Assembly (NCBI RefSeq): GCF_001194135.2
Contig: NC_068983.1
Coordinates: forward strand, 65,333,621-65,384,656
Length of the DNA: 51,036 nucleotides
Direction: 5' to 3'
Origin: Octopus bimaculoides
Lineage: Eukaryota
Positions 10,063-24,439 of the stretch are shown here, in pieces. The first letter of the stretch is position 1. Every line of letters starts with the position of its first letter. Both the position numbers and the translations under genes were made by a program. The notes beneath the pieces are model-generated. The model did no database searches. It saw nothing but the letters and a program-made list of their open reading frames with translations, and was not told the DNA's origin.

Positions 10063-11749
10063 ATATGAACGCGAAGACGAAAATAAGAATTAGAAGCAAG
10101 ATAGAAGACAATGAAAGAAGAAACACAGGAGAGGAGTACTACCGGTTGGAGGAATAAGATAAATCTTTAAATATTACAGTGAAAACGTATGGAGGGGTAA
10201 AGTTATTATTCAGATACAAAAGATAACTATACTTTTGCGGAATACGTGGTCTGCATTTTTTCCATTTATCGTCGAAGGTTTGTGGGTAAATGTTCGTTGG
10301 GAACTTCGGACTATTATTTGGGTTCAACAAAGCGTGTTTATAAAAGTTGTCGTGGGAAGATAGATTGTGTAGAAACCGGGATAAGACGCGTGCTAATTTT
10401 TTTTTGTTTGTGTTAAGAGGAGGTGTTCGATCGAATCCTAAAGTGAGTTACTAGAGTAAATTTAAGTACTGGATTTTTATATGAAAGAGCTATGTTTTGC
10501 AACAGCAACAGATGTATACATGTATGATTTCTAAATACAAAATCATTTTACATACACACACACACGCACGCACACACACACATATATACATGAATATAAA
10601 TATATATACATACGTACATACATACACACATACATACTTTTATACATACGTGTGTGTGCATATTGCATTTTAATAACTTGTTTTCATTGGAGGTGAGATT
10701 AAGAATCTCTAGAATAACAAAGGAGTATAGTTAGTTAATTCAACTCAAGAATAATACAGATATTTGATTTTAATAACATTCCAGGAAACGAAATTAAAAA
10801 CTGTAAGATATATTCAGGCACTCTCCCTTGTTTCGACAATATTATTGTTCACCTAGTTCTTGATGTTGTTGTGTCAGAGACGTAAATTATATTTTCTTTA
10901 TTACCTTCTACTGCATGAATAACAATCAAAGTAGGGACGATTTTATAACATTGAACAACGTCTCACTTTCCTAATGAACGCAATCCTGGAAAGTAATTAT
11001 TTTTATATTGATAGCAAGAAAGATGAGAGAACAATAATCATATTTGAGCTCAACACTGAAAGAGAGGTCACGAAAATTGCAAACAATATTTAGATTGTCG
11101 CCCAGCAGTTTTTACTACTGCTACAACTTTTGCATTTACAACATACTACCATTAAACAATTAATTTTAATCGATCTCATACACTTTGCATGTGTTAATGG
11201 ACACAAAGAGATATTTCAAATTTTATGATGAATAAATATTGTTAAAACGAGTCTTCACCCATTTGCTTGGCCTTTCTCTTTTAAAGTGATGTTAACTTTA
11301 TATGCATACCGCTGTCATCTTCCGTGTATCTCTCTGTTTCTCCCTGGAGATAACAGTAGGCAGAAGACTCAGATTTATTATACTGCCACTTTGATTTAAT
11401 AACATCTCTCAAATCATCTAATACCAGACAGCTGGTGATGCAGCTAAACTGAACATAGTACAAGGCTGTTGGAAACTTTTAGAATAATGCGGATTTCATT
11501 AATAGTCAATTTGTCAATGCTGATTACTAATCGAACTAAAATGACTAATCAATTAATTTCATTGTTATCTCTCTGTTGATAAATCTGAAATGTCATGATA
11601 TCATTGGAATATATAATCATCATTCTCACAATGATTATCAACATGGATGTCACTGACACAGCCACCGCTACCACCTACATGATCTTCTTCAGCACTACCA
11701 CTTCATGAACATCTTCCTACTCCCTATCCCCTCGAGGAAAACAGTCAGC

Positions 11750-12267
11750 GATGGTGCGTCGAAAAGCAGATAAAGGTTTGCTCATTGGTGTTCGGAATGT
11801 GACGCACCGAAAGGAATTTAAGAAACACGATGATCAAAGATTGAAAACTAGAATAAGAATAGGAGAGAAATGGGAGAGAAAACAAGATGAACACCTGGAG
11901 GTGGCTAAGGCAGACCGATCTTAAGGAATGCACTGGGGGCATTTATTTGCAGCACTCAGGAAGCAGTGTTGAGAACTAATTAAACCAAGTTCCAGGTAGA
12001 AAAGAAGAGCAGTAAATCGCCCTTTTATAGGATGTTTCAGCAAAATTTAAGAGTTTCATATATTACTCTTACTTGTTTCAGTCATTTTGACTGCGGCCAT
12101 GCTGAAGTACAGCATTTAGTCGAACAAATCTACCCCAGAACTTATATTTTGTAAGCCTAGTACTTATTATATCGGTTCCTTTGCCGAAAGTTACGTAGAC
12201 ACACATCGGTTGTCAAGCGATGGTTGGGTGACAGAAAGAGACGCACAAATGAATATATATATGTTTG

Positions 12268-12317
<50 letters not shown>

Positions 12318-12860
12318 TGTGTATACGACGGGGGGTCTTTCAGTTTCCGTCTACCAAACCCACTCACAAAGCTCTGGTTGGCCCGAGGCTATGCTAGAAG
12401 ACGCTAACCGAAGTTTCCACGCAGTGGGACTAAACCAGGTACCATGTGTTTCGTAAGCGAGTTACATACCACACAGCCACTCCTAGTAAAGTGGCTGAAA
12501 AGGAATACAAAAGGAAGCATGATAATGTAGCTGGGTATGACTTAGAAACTGTGTGAAAATACGGTCTTGAAAGGACATTGAAATGGTACACCAGCAATAA
12601 TGAGTGTAATATATTGTGGAATGTTACAATCCAATGTGATCAACTGATTGATGATTGGAGAACAGATATTGCTGTTGTTAATGAAATGATGACGGAAACC
12701 AATATCTTAGATAGGGAAGCAACATGTGTGGACAAAGAGCTGGAAAAGATTGAAAACTACCTGAATGTGAACAATGAAGACGGAAACTGACATCCCAGTA
12801 GTTGTAGGGTCATTAGGAGTATTAACAACCAGATTTGAGAAATTTGCTGGAGAAATCATA
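11750..12860 (+). mobile_element. R4/Dong LINE C-terminal fragment interrupted by a SINE
   Basis: Left part: TWRWLRQTDLKE..QEAVLRTN..SPFYRM. Right part: SKVAEKEYKRKHDNVA..KWY..ILWNVTIQCDQ..IPVVVGSLG. The two parts are collinear across the SINE. Confidence 0.8.
12065..12484 (-). mobile_element. tRNA-derived SINE, family 2, near full length, with internal (TG)n
   Basis: Aligns end to end with the plus-strand copy at 28716-29108 (head gtggctgtgtggta, B-box region, internal microsatellite, tail gcggccgcagtcaaaatgactgaaacaag-like). Confidence 0.92.
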
Positions 12861-15800
12861 GCAATGTATGTCGAATGATAACAATGTATTGTATATGATA
12901 TATGGTTTTTTAGGCTTAGTACCGTTAAGAATTAAATTGATGAATATAAAATTTCACCAAATTGTCAGTTTTTTTTCTTAAATAATTGTTCCATTATTCT
13001 TTAATTTTCTGTTTTATATCTCGCATCTAAAACTGAAATAAAATTAAATAGTCGAATGAAATACTATTATAAACATATGAGTGTTTCCATTGCATCAGTC
13101 CTTTTTTGAATACAATGAATGCACGTAAAAGCAGACACTCACAATCGTATATGCATAATGCGTAATGGGACCTTCAAAATGTTTGCGAACCAAAAATACC
13201 CAAATAATTACAGGATGGCTAATATCAATTAGCGTTTGGGCAATATAAGATGGTGACCAAACCGGTAAGTTTTGAAGGATGTTAAGTTGCAATTCATTAA
13301 TCTAATTTTGGGCTTGATAATTAAATGGACTATTTTGTGTTTTGTACTTATTTATGTATGTTTATATGAAAGATCCTATCAATTTCAGTATAAATTCTTA
13401 CATGGATAGATTCTACTTCTTCACGTTGCTTCAAACGTACTCTGAGGCTCGAAACTCATGCATAGAAAAGTAGTTAATATTTATGTTTAGAATTTCTAAA
13501 CCCATGTCAATGCGTTATCGATTTCACCGGTATGTAAAAGGTTAATTTGTCTAACGTTTCATAAAATTTTCAAATTTATTCTCAGAAAAGAACATCTATG
13601 AGACGATGGTGGAAGCACTTCGCTATTTCAATAATAATATTGCTTTCTCTACATCTTATTTTGTTTCTCTCTACTAGCGCTTAGTTATCAAATTGCAGAA
13701 TTGGTATAAAATTACGAGACATTTTACAAAGATAAAGCTGGACTCAATTAAAAATTATGGAAATAGTTCCAGGCATGGAACATGTTTGATTTTTTAATGT
13801 GTTTAATGAAGAAAATATATTCACAAGAAAACAGAATGAGTTTCTCATTATGTTTTATTATATCTTCAGTTCAGTTTATTTTATTTTTATTAGAAGTCTT
13901 CTGTCTCCGAAAACTGAATCGGAGGATCCGCTGGTTGACATTAATTCCAATAAAATGTGTCCATAATCCACCCCCAGTTTTCGTTGTTGTAATTTTAAAA
14001 CGGAGTTTGGGTAAGAACATGTTGAAAATGTTATGAATTGGTTTAAATCTTAATATGCTATCAAATATAGCTAATATAAAGTTTAAAATAACAAATCCTT
14101 CCTTCATTCTTTCTTTCCTTCCTGCCTTTATTCCTTTGCTAACCAGTGTAATACTATAAAAAGTTATTCTTTGTGAAATTGATCGTACATGACACTTTCT
14201 TGCATCATTTAAATGTCAGAATATATAATATGAAAATGTGTAAAGGATGAACTGTGGTATAACTACCGAACCGGCATTCACTTCATATATGTGCTCCAGC
14301 TATGCAATGTAGAAAATCACACTCAACGCGAATTTCAATATGTAATGTCAGTGTTACTGTCGTTTTCTTATCAGTATAATAACTTTGATTCTGAAAGCTG
14401 TCTCAGGAGAATTATGCATACATTCTGAGCTAGAATCAGGCAGATATTTTACTTTTGCTTAAGCAAGAATCTCGAAGTAAATATGTTTTTGGTCTCTTTA
14501 ATATATTATTTGCTAGACTGAATTACTGGAATATGCTCGATCAAGGTATTGTCTTAAAGCTCTATCAGATGATGATAACATTCGTTTCATATAATTTCTA
14601 TACCATGTATTGTTTCTATGGAAACTACATATATGGAAATGCTATATATTTTAGCAGCATTCAACAGAAATTCCATTATGTTATTAAATTCCATCAATAA
14701 GACATATACGTCAGTATCGGAATACCAATTTTCTATAAATGCTCGATTTCATAATGAATTTTCCTAACCTGTATTGTATACAATTCTTTGAACGTCTTTA
14801 GAGGAGAAATATATTTAAAATGGCAAAACTTTCCAGAGTATCTGGTAGCATAAACATATTTGAAAGGTTTTAGATAAGGCAAATTTCCCAAATTATATGT
14901 GAATAATATATATTTTTTATCTTACGTGCCAGATTTTTGGGAAACTAAAAACGTTTATAAATACATATAACACTGCAATATCCATATAAATGAAGCGGTA
15001 GGTTCTTTCCATCAAAACATTAGAGTTGGTGTAACACCAACACAAAGATGAACTTTATTCCTGAGTTATACCTTTTAATAACATTACTCAGTCAAATGCA
15101 TGGAAGAATATATATATTTGATATCCTGGAAATAGCAGATAAATCTCTTGCAATTCACATTTTATCATGTTAAAATGATAGACTGGATAACCTAATTTTA
15201 TATATATCACTTATTTGACAATAACTGTCGTTGTTGAATTGAAATAATTTAGATATATATATTCATTAATCATATCTGTTGTCTAGTTCATATGAAATAT
15301 ATTTATGTTTTTTGAGCATATATAAACGATATCCTTGCTGCTAAACCTAATTTATCCAAAGCGAATGTGTAGATATACAAGAAAGACAGCTTTGTAAAAC
15401 TGAAGCGTCTATATATAAAGTGCAAGAAATGTCGACCAACTAAAACTGGATGAACTCAATAATCAGTAAAGTGGTACGAGAAATGGCAAATGTTAACAAG
15501 GGTTCTTCAACGATATACCATGGAAGCATATAAAACAAATCACTCTGTTATATCTGCTTACGAATGAACACACTGCATGATGTGAGAGATACGAAAGTCA
15601 CACGAAATATTAAACCGAATATTTGTAGCATACACACACACATGCATGTACACGTAATTTGTTTGCGTGCGTGTGTGGGTAACGTATTATGTATTGATTT
15701 CTTCGACTATTTCCCGATCTTATGCTAAAAATATATGTTCATGTAATAACATAGAGGGAACGAAACTGAAACACCTAGCAGCATGCATATGCATGTATGG

Positions 15801-16415
15801 ATATTAAGCAAAATTTAGGTGGGAGAAGTTATCAAAAGTTTCCTGTAATCAAGAAATACATTACAATGTTATAGACAAATTCGGAGGCTTCATATTTTCA
15901 AGTCGTAAAAACAATTTTCAGTTAATCAGTGATAATCTGGGCAATTGACCAACCGTCTTGTAGATTCACTTCCTGTAAATGCCTTTTTATTTTTATTTTC
16001 TTCTTTCAACCAATTAGAAAAAAACCTTTACTTAAGATACAATACTAAGTATTTTCTCGTGGAAGATCTCTAGAGCTTGAGGCATCAAATCATTCTTCCA
16101 ATGGTATTAGATATTTAATTTCGTCGTGGGGAACCTAAATCAGGATAACGTCATTGAAATCATGTAAGCAATCATCGAACTGCTGACCTCTCTGAATTTT
16201 TCTGAAAAGAAAAGATGAAAACACATAGGAAATTCCGAAAATTTAATTTAGTTTTGTATTTCATTGAAGTGTATGATTATGAGTCACCAATGAATACAAC
16301 TATTAATCCTTCAAAATACAAGGACATTAGTTAAATATATAAAAACACACATACATATACATATCTCTCGAACGTTTCTCTTTCTAACTTTGTACAGACA
16401 CACAGACACACATGC

Positions 16416-16485
<70 letters not shown>

Positions 16486-16667
16486 AAATACAGAGATGCC
16501 TGTAATAGGACATCTAACCCGCTAGAAATAGCAGCAAGACTACATACCACAAAAAGTAGGGATAATTTCGAAAGGGAATGAAAAATAAAAACATTTACCG
16601 ATCTATATTCTGTACCATGGTTTCAAGTCAATTTTAGTAAGATAAAAATTATATATATATATAAATA

Positions 16668-16701
<34 letters not shown>

Positions 16702-17477
16702 TGTGTGTGTGTGTGTACGTATCTATGTATGTACACTTCTATATTTGTATATAATATATAAATATATCTATATATTTGTATAGATGAATATATGTATGTT
16801 TCACGACTATGTTCGTGTTTTATCTTCATTATATATATTTGGTGTTTTGTTATCGGAGATTTTTGCAGGTAGTTTGAAACATTGCATTGTGTTGGGATAA
16901 AGAAATATTTATATTCTGTGAGCAAACGTTGTAAACGAGCATAATTCGATGCAAATATTTATAGATCCTGTTTAGTTTTGCGTTATTAAATTAATGATTG
17001 CTTAAAGGTTAACATACACTCTTGTGTCATTAAGGTAAGGACTACCATTTCCTTTTCAATTTCGTTCCATATTCATATAGACATGTCATAAATACGCGTA
17101 TCGCAATATATGTTCTGGAAGGTAAGGACATGTTTATACTAATTTCAATAGTTATTTCTCGTTCACGATAAATATTATGACTAACAGTTATATAGTAGGT
17201 CAATTCATTTGCCAGTAAACCCAAATCTAACAAACAGCAACATTTCCTATAGAAAAAAAAAGAACTCATATCGGTTCTGAAGAGTTAAAAATAAAAGAAA
17301 ATAATCACTATGTTTATTCACTAGACTTTCTGAGAAGGAAATTTTATTGCTTCATGTCGATGTTTCTAAATTGATTTCAATCAATAAATATATCAATATA
17401 CCTACATATATACACACACACTCTCACACATGCGCGCCCATACATAATACATACATACATGCTTACAAACATGCATG

Positions 17478-17510
<33 letters not shown>

Positions 17511-19835
17511 CTCAGTTGGCTGTTGAATAAATTCGGCATTAACTCTATAAATCCTTTTTAATAATACGCTTTCTCTGCTATATATATTCTAGGCATTGTA
17601 AAACAAAGGTTTTTGATAAATAAAATTAAATATATTCAATCAAAAAGCCAATCTTTCATTATTTATTATTACTACTATAAATATATTTGATAAATGTCGA
17701 ATACCATTTTAAGCCATGTATATGTTTTTTTATGTTTTATTTTGGATATTATACTACTCATATTTTTAATGCAACTCTCTTAATCTTCATTGCAATATTT
17801 TTTTCGGCAACATTTTGATCCATTCGTAAGATTAATGTGCTGTAGTTTAGACTTTAGAGTTATTTTACTCCGGTATGTTTCTGTTAACATCCAAGAAATT
17901 CCTTATAATTTTTATTGTACGGATAACCGCTCTAAACATTAAGTATTCAGTGTGAAGAGACATTACATCAAACAATTACGAAACACCTTCTATTCCCTAA
18001 AAGTTTTGTTTTATTGAAACTTGCAAGTAGTGGTATTTTTAAAATAAATGTTCATTCGTTAGTTAGTAATATACAAATGACATTGACCAGTGTCCGCTGA
18101 ATATTCAGCTGAAGGAATATACAGATACATAGAGTTTGAGAGAGAAAATAAAAGAGAGACAGACAGACATAATTCTGAATATTTTAGGGAATCTGATTAT
18201 CGCTAATTATAAACTTAGGTATACTCCGTAGGAATAACCAGATTATCTTCAATTAATAAATAAAAATACGTAGGATAAACACAAATATGTCTTATTGTAT
18301 AGCAACGTAATCATTTGACGTCCACGCTTCTCAGACATGCAAATAGCGAAGGTAATACGGTGTATACTGTATCGTAAGGTATTGGGTCATACAGCAACAT
18401 CAATCTCTGTGCCATATGTCATTCTAAGGTCGTATTATGCGATAACACTATCTACAGATACAAACGCTGTACTTTGAATGCATTTATAAGTGATTCGTTG
18501 ATTTAAAATATCCAATACAAATTCTATAGTGAGACGTTTTAGCTGTGATACTTGACATACATATTGTTTTCAACAACGGCCGGTGATATTTCGGGAAAAC
18601 AGAGAAATAATGATATTCTTTCAATAATAATGTTCTTTTGCGTGGTAGCCGTACTTTATTTATTATGGAAAGCCATTCCAATGATAGCTGTGCATAACTT
18701 TACGAACATTATTAGTAACTATAATGAATCAAATGATTTTCTAAGAACTGAGATCCTTTTCGAATCTCGCATTACAATGATTCTATCAATTCTATCTCAA
18801 TACATTTGTGTGTTAAGAATAAACATCATCAATGCAGCATATTATTTATTGTAATGCAATACAGTACACAGATACCAGCATAAAGAGTCGAAGCCTTTAG
18901 ACAGGAAGTGAAGCTCTCTGTAACGAATCCAAAGAAATATTTTTCTTAGTATATGTTTCCACTAACCGAGTTTATGATGACATTCAATTACTTCATATCA
19001 GATTGATTCTAAAATGTTCCGTATTAAAACTAAGCATAACATGAATTTGGCATCGGAAAGTAATGATGATATTATCATTTGTTGCGATTTTCATAATTTC
19101 TGTACATTTATGTAAATTGCATACGCAAAAATTCCTGAATAATTTGAATCATTTTTCAAGAATTCTTGATGGAATTGAATGCGAGGCTGCATCAAAAAAA
19201 TCTTTCTTTAATAATATTTTCTATGTAGAAATAAGTAGTATCCAATATAGAGACATCCTGACCAAAAAGACCCTACATAACATCATTCTAAAGAGAACAA
19301 CACTTTAGGTGTTGAGTTCAAATTCCACCAATGCCAAATTAGTCTTTTAGGTTTAGATTAAATAAAGAATCATTGAAGCACTTAGCTTCATGGTATCGAG
19401 TAGACTCCTCTTGCAAAAGTTCATTGCAACTTTCTCTTGCAAAACACCTTGTTATATCAAATTCTATTCAGCACAAAAGTTGCAATTCCTCAGTCTCATA
19501 CATAGTAAGAAACTTTTAATCGTAGCCTTCCGAATATCTTAGCGGTTAGAGATTAAAAGAAAAAGATAATCTTTATATAAATAACATGAATGCATGAATA
19601 AAAGAGGAAAAATATAATTTCCATGTAATGGAAACTCCAGAGGAACATTTCATATTATATTATTTTCATATTAATGTAAGTTGAAGGCTGACATAGGTTA
19701 GGAAAGTGCAGCTGAGTGAGATAAATTCCCAGCAACAGAAAAGGAACAGCACATTTACGGAAACATAATTTAGCTTGTATATACCTTGCTAACAACTTTC
19801 CCAAACAAACCGATAATTTTCTCTGTCAATTTCTG

Positions 19836-19841
<6 letters not shown>

Positions 19842-19879
<38 letters not shown>

Positions 19880-20200
19880 NNNNNNNNNNNNNNNNNNNNN
19901 NNNNNNNNNNNNNNNNNNNNNNNNNNNNNNNNNNNNNNNNNNNNNNNNNNNNNNNNNNNNNNNNNNNNNNNNNNNNNNNNNNNNNNNNNNNNNNNNNNNN
20001 NNNNNNNNNNNNNNNNNNNNNNNNNNNNNNNNNNNNNNNNNNNNNNNNNNNNNNNNNNNNNNNNNNNNNNNNNNNNNNNNNNNNNNNNNNNNNNNNNNNN
20101 NNNNNNNNNNNNNNNNNNNNNNNNNNNNNNNNNNNNNNNNNNNNNNNNNNNNNNNNNNNNNNNNNNNNNNNNNNNNNNNNNNNNNNNNNNNNNNNNNNNN

Positions 20201-20270
<70 letters not shown>
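19842..20270. repeat. (CT)n / gap / (GT)n microsatellites
   Basis: Runs flank the N-gap 19880-20200. Confidence 0.93.
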
Positions 20271-20950
20271 ATGCGTATGTATGTTCACTATAAATGAGGG
20301 TCGGACTTGCATTTTTCAACCTTTTGACACTGTAGGTAAACCTTTGTTAGAAAGTAATTTTGGTTAATATATACCAGTCTGGACAGAAATATTGAGGCTA
20401 TGCTAATGATTTTTGTAGCTGCAAATTGAGACTCTTTCATCTTAACTTTCAGTCATTGCTCCTCGTAAAGCCTTGGTTAAGAAATCACATACAAATCAAT
20501 ATAAATAGATGAAATTGTTTGTTAATGGAAATGGCGTAATTTTTGAGCAACACAAACACAAAGATCGCGCGCGTGTGTGTGTATGTGTGTGAGTGTGTGC
20601 GTGTGTTTGTATGCGTGCGTGCATGTGCGCGCGTGTGTATTTATATAATGTTTTTGGTTCTTCCTTTTTCTCTATATGTGATCGTGGTAGTGAATATAGA
20701 TTTTCTGTCAAACAAATACAATTTATATCCAAGAATTATATCGTATGTAATGAAGGAAAACTTCCATGAAATTTAGAATTGCACAAAACATCAAACATAT
20801 TCTCGTTTTCGCAGTAACATTACAAACATTAATATTGCCAAACAGAAATAAGTTCGTAGGGAAGTTGAGGCATTACATAATATTACACTCTAAAGGTTTC
20901 TACAAATAGTGGTTTCAGGAGTAGCATGAGAAAGCGAGAGTACAAAGGTG

Positions 20951-20990
<40 letters not shown>

Positions 20991-20997
20991 CATACAT

Positions 20998-22420
20998 AAC
21001 TTAGATGACTTAGATAACTTAGATTGGTTACGGCCATTATTGGCACAGGTCATGAATAACTCAATAGTACCACCTGGAAATGTCTTTTAGTTACTTCTTT
21101 TGGGACACTATGGACCACGCAGGTAGAGTGTTGTCGTTGGTTGAGACATATCCAGCTGTGGGTGGTTATCAAGTATTTCCCGGAGGAATTTGTCCAGGTA
21201 CCGTTTGAAAGTTGAAGTGTGTTTTTCTACTTTAATTTGCAGCTTAGAGTCATCTGCAAATAATTTAATGGTGCTATGATCAATGGAATACTTAATGGCA
21301 TTGATATAGAAAATACAAATAAGTGGACGCAGCTCCGTACGAAATCCATGCTGGTTACAATTTAGGAAATGATTTTGTTCTAGGAATGCTGTTATTTTTT
21401 ATCTCAAAACTCTCTCATATACTTTCATGTTATGTGAGGTGAGATTGGACGGTGGTTTACACGGAGCGGTTTATTCTCCTTTTTAATCATAGGAACTCCT
21501 GACTGGGAGAGAAGATCTTGAGAGATAAAAGCGGCATCCAGTAATTTCCTCCAGAGAATTGTAAGGGCAGCTTCAATTTGCCGTCTGCATTCCTTCAGCA
21601 CTCAAGCAGGGAACTTGTCCGGACCCACTGCTGAATCAGGTCTGATTTCTTTTATTACTGCTAGGATACCAGTGGCATCGAAAGTTATGTCGGAAAGGAC
21701 ATGTTGAAGATTGAAAGAAGCAAAGCTGCTTGAATCGACTCTATCAGGATCACTTAAGACGGAGCAGTATTGACATTGCTGGATCTCAGCCATGTCTTTG
21801 GCATCACTGTGAAGGATGCCGTTTCCCTCAACCAGTGGGCCGATAGAGGCAACTTTTGTCGTATGTGTTTTTACAAAGGAGTAGAAGATCTTAGGACTAT
21901 TATTGATGTTTTTAATAGCACAGGCTTACTCTGCAGCTCGTTCGTCATTTATGAGGTTTCTCATACAGTCCTGCAGTTGTTACTTCCTTGATGCCAAGGT
22001 TGTTAATTTCTAGATTGGGGGTGATATGCTGATGGTGGTATTTTAAGGTATTGATTTTTCAGTTTATTCTCTTTATTCTCCTGGTGACCGCTTTTCTCTG
22101 TTTTGGAATCCTATTATTTATGAGTTGTGAGGATGTGTGTTTTTTGAGCATATGTGTCCTCAAATAGCTGCCATGCGTTTGTGTTTATTGTGCTATTGAA
22201 GGAGGCAATGGTGAAAGACCAGTTCACTTGCGATAAGTCTGGACTTGTGTAAATACATATTATCAAAAGGGTGCACTGGAGTTAGTGATTTTATGCCAAA
22301 TTTTTGGATGCTGAAGATTGAGGTTACAAAGTACTATGTCATGATCGGACAGGAGGTTTTTTTCTATTGTGATGTTATGAATAGTGTTAGCAGTGTTGCT
22401 TAGCACTACAGGAGAAACCA
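20998..22420 (-). mobile_element. CR1-like LINE with internal deletions and a retained 3' tail
   Basis: APE C-terminal motif LLSDHDIV, then DSAVGPDKFPA*VLKEC, NHRPIS, NQHGFR, IKLFADDSKL and FKRYLDKFL, then a 3' end with a 9-bp repeat (atctaagtN)x3. Confidence 0.88.
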
Positions 22421-22423
22421 CAA

Positions 22424-24192
22424 GTAATTTATTTGTCAAAGAAAACTGTCTCTGCAACAAAAATCAATATGCTAGGTAAAGGATTAAAATTTGTGACAAC
22501 CACACGACGATCTAACCATAATGAAATTAAAGACAATATTTCGGAAATCTGCAGAAAACTACGACTCACAGATGTAGTAACTGACTACAACAACGAAAAT
22601 GAGTCAGCGGTTAAAAACAGAAGTAATTATCTTCCACCTATAAAACGCAAGATAACCTACAGTTAAGGCCCATTATAGTTAGCCCAGCCTGTGAAATCCA
22701 ACGCCTAAGCAATTTTCTAGATATCCTGCTGAAACCCTTGCTGAAATACATCAAAAGTTTCATTAGAGACGATTTAAACATGCTATGTACAATTAATGAA
22801 GCGGCATTATTTGTTTCCTTCGATGTTATCAATCATTACACTAACATCTCACAAGGCATTAGAATGAAAGTAATCAAATTTTTGTGGGAAATTTATCCTG
22901 AAATACTTCTGGAACGTATAAATTAGGTATTTATTATTGAATCTTTAAAATCTATACTTCAGAACAATTATTTCATATTTGATGGCATGTGTATCATCAA
23001 AAATGCGGAATTGCGATGGGTACGAAAGCAGCCCCTGTTCTTGGGAACCTAATAATTGGTTGTTTTGAATTCACAATATATGAAGTGTCACTGCAAAAAT
23101 ATGTTTATCCATTTTACCATTATATAAGAGAACACTAGAAAACTGGAAAAGATACCTAGAAGACTGTTTTATCATTTGGAAGGTGACCATTAATAAATTT
23201 TAGAATTCATATCGATACTAAATTATATAAACCGTAATATTCAATTCACAATGGAATATAGCTAAGAACAGCACCTCCTTTTTATATATTATGATAAAAA
23301 ATGTCAGCAATCAAATTATAACTGACATCTATCATAAACCAACTGAGCCGAAGCAATATCTCCTTTTTAGCTCTTGCAACCCGAAATATATCAAATCACA
23401 TATCCCCTCTAATTTGGTAAAGAGTATTTGCACAATAGTGCTAATAGAACTACTTGGGACCTTTGTTTTCAAGACCTCAGAAAAACAGTAACTGAAAAAC
23501 ATTATCCACCCTCACTTATAGACGATGGAATCAAGCGTACCAATAAATTAGACATAACAACACCAAGGACAACAAAACATAACGCCACACCTCATCTCGA
23601 TACACTACTGTATATATCAACTCACAACCCTAGAAACAATGAGTCATACAACACTATTGTGCAAAATCTTCCTATACTAACTAGAGACCCGAAAATGAAC
23701 AACATCCTGAAAACGCATAAATTCATCAAATGCAAAAGGCAACACAAATCACTAAAGAGACTTCTAATAAATGCGAAGCTTAACACAACAACCACGAAAC
23801 GAACGGTTAACAATGTGGACGCCCATACTGTGGATTATGCCCCAACATACTTGAAAGCTAAACAAGGGGAGATGCTCACAATTAAAAACAACTTCACTTG
23901 CGCCTCTGAGAATCAAATTTATGTAATAACCTGCTCGGGTTGTGGACATAGCTATATAAGACAAACGAGTATGACATAGAGACGGAGAACCACTCTATAG
24001 AGCAGATGCGGTTCCCAAAATACAGACAGATTCCTTTAAGTGAACATATGGAGCGAAGTGCAGCTAAGATCCAACCATATTTCAGTTTTCCCTTTCTACC
24101 AATGCAAACATACACTTTCTATATAAGAAGGCTAAAGTAAAGGAACTGTATTCATCGAAAAATACAGAACACGTCTAAATATTCATGCATAA
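22424..24192 (+). mobile_element. Penelope-like element (RT plus GIY-YIG), decayed, Neptune-like linker
   Basis: MLGKGLKF, LRPIIVSP..SNFLDILLKP, VSFDVINHYTNI, GIAMGTKAAP, WKRYLEDCFIIW, TDIYHKPT..QYLLFSSC and the GIY-YIG remnant FTCASENQIYVITCSGCGHSYIRQT..QIPLSEH. Confidence 0.92.
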
Positions 24193-24229
24193 CCAACTTT
24201 GATTTTTATACATATTTTAATTCCCGATT

Positions 24230-24268
<39 letters not shown>

Positions 24269-24439
24269 NNNNNNNNNNNNNNNNNNNNNNNNNNNNNNNN
24301 NNNNNNNNNNNNNNNNNNNNNNNNNNNNNNNNNNNNNNNNNNNNNNNNNNNNNNNNNNNNNNNNNNNNNNNNNNNNNNNNNNNNNNNNNNNNNNNNNNNN
24401 NNNNNNNNACACACATATATGTATATATATATATATGCA

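Noticed and set aside
10060-10400. Purine-rich block resembling the 45130-45440 repeat
   Set aside because: Similarity is too low to align by eye and no ribozyme core was found. The same applies to 24830-25250.
13098-13264. Possible exon ending at the strong donor CCG|gtaagt
   Set aside because: Modest acceptor and stops in all frames. Expected by chance in 50 kb.
16390-16740. (CA)n(TA)n..(TA)n(TG)n mirror arrangement resembling TIRs
   Set aside because: No unique-sequence complementarity. Expected from the microsatellite density.
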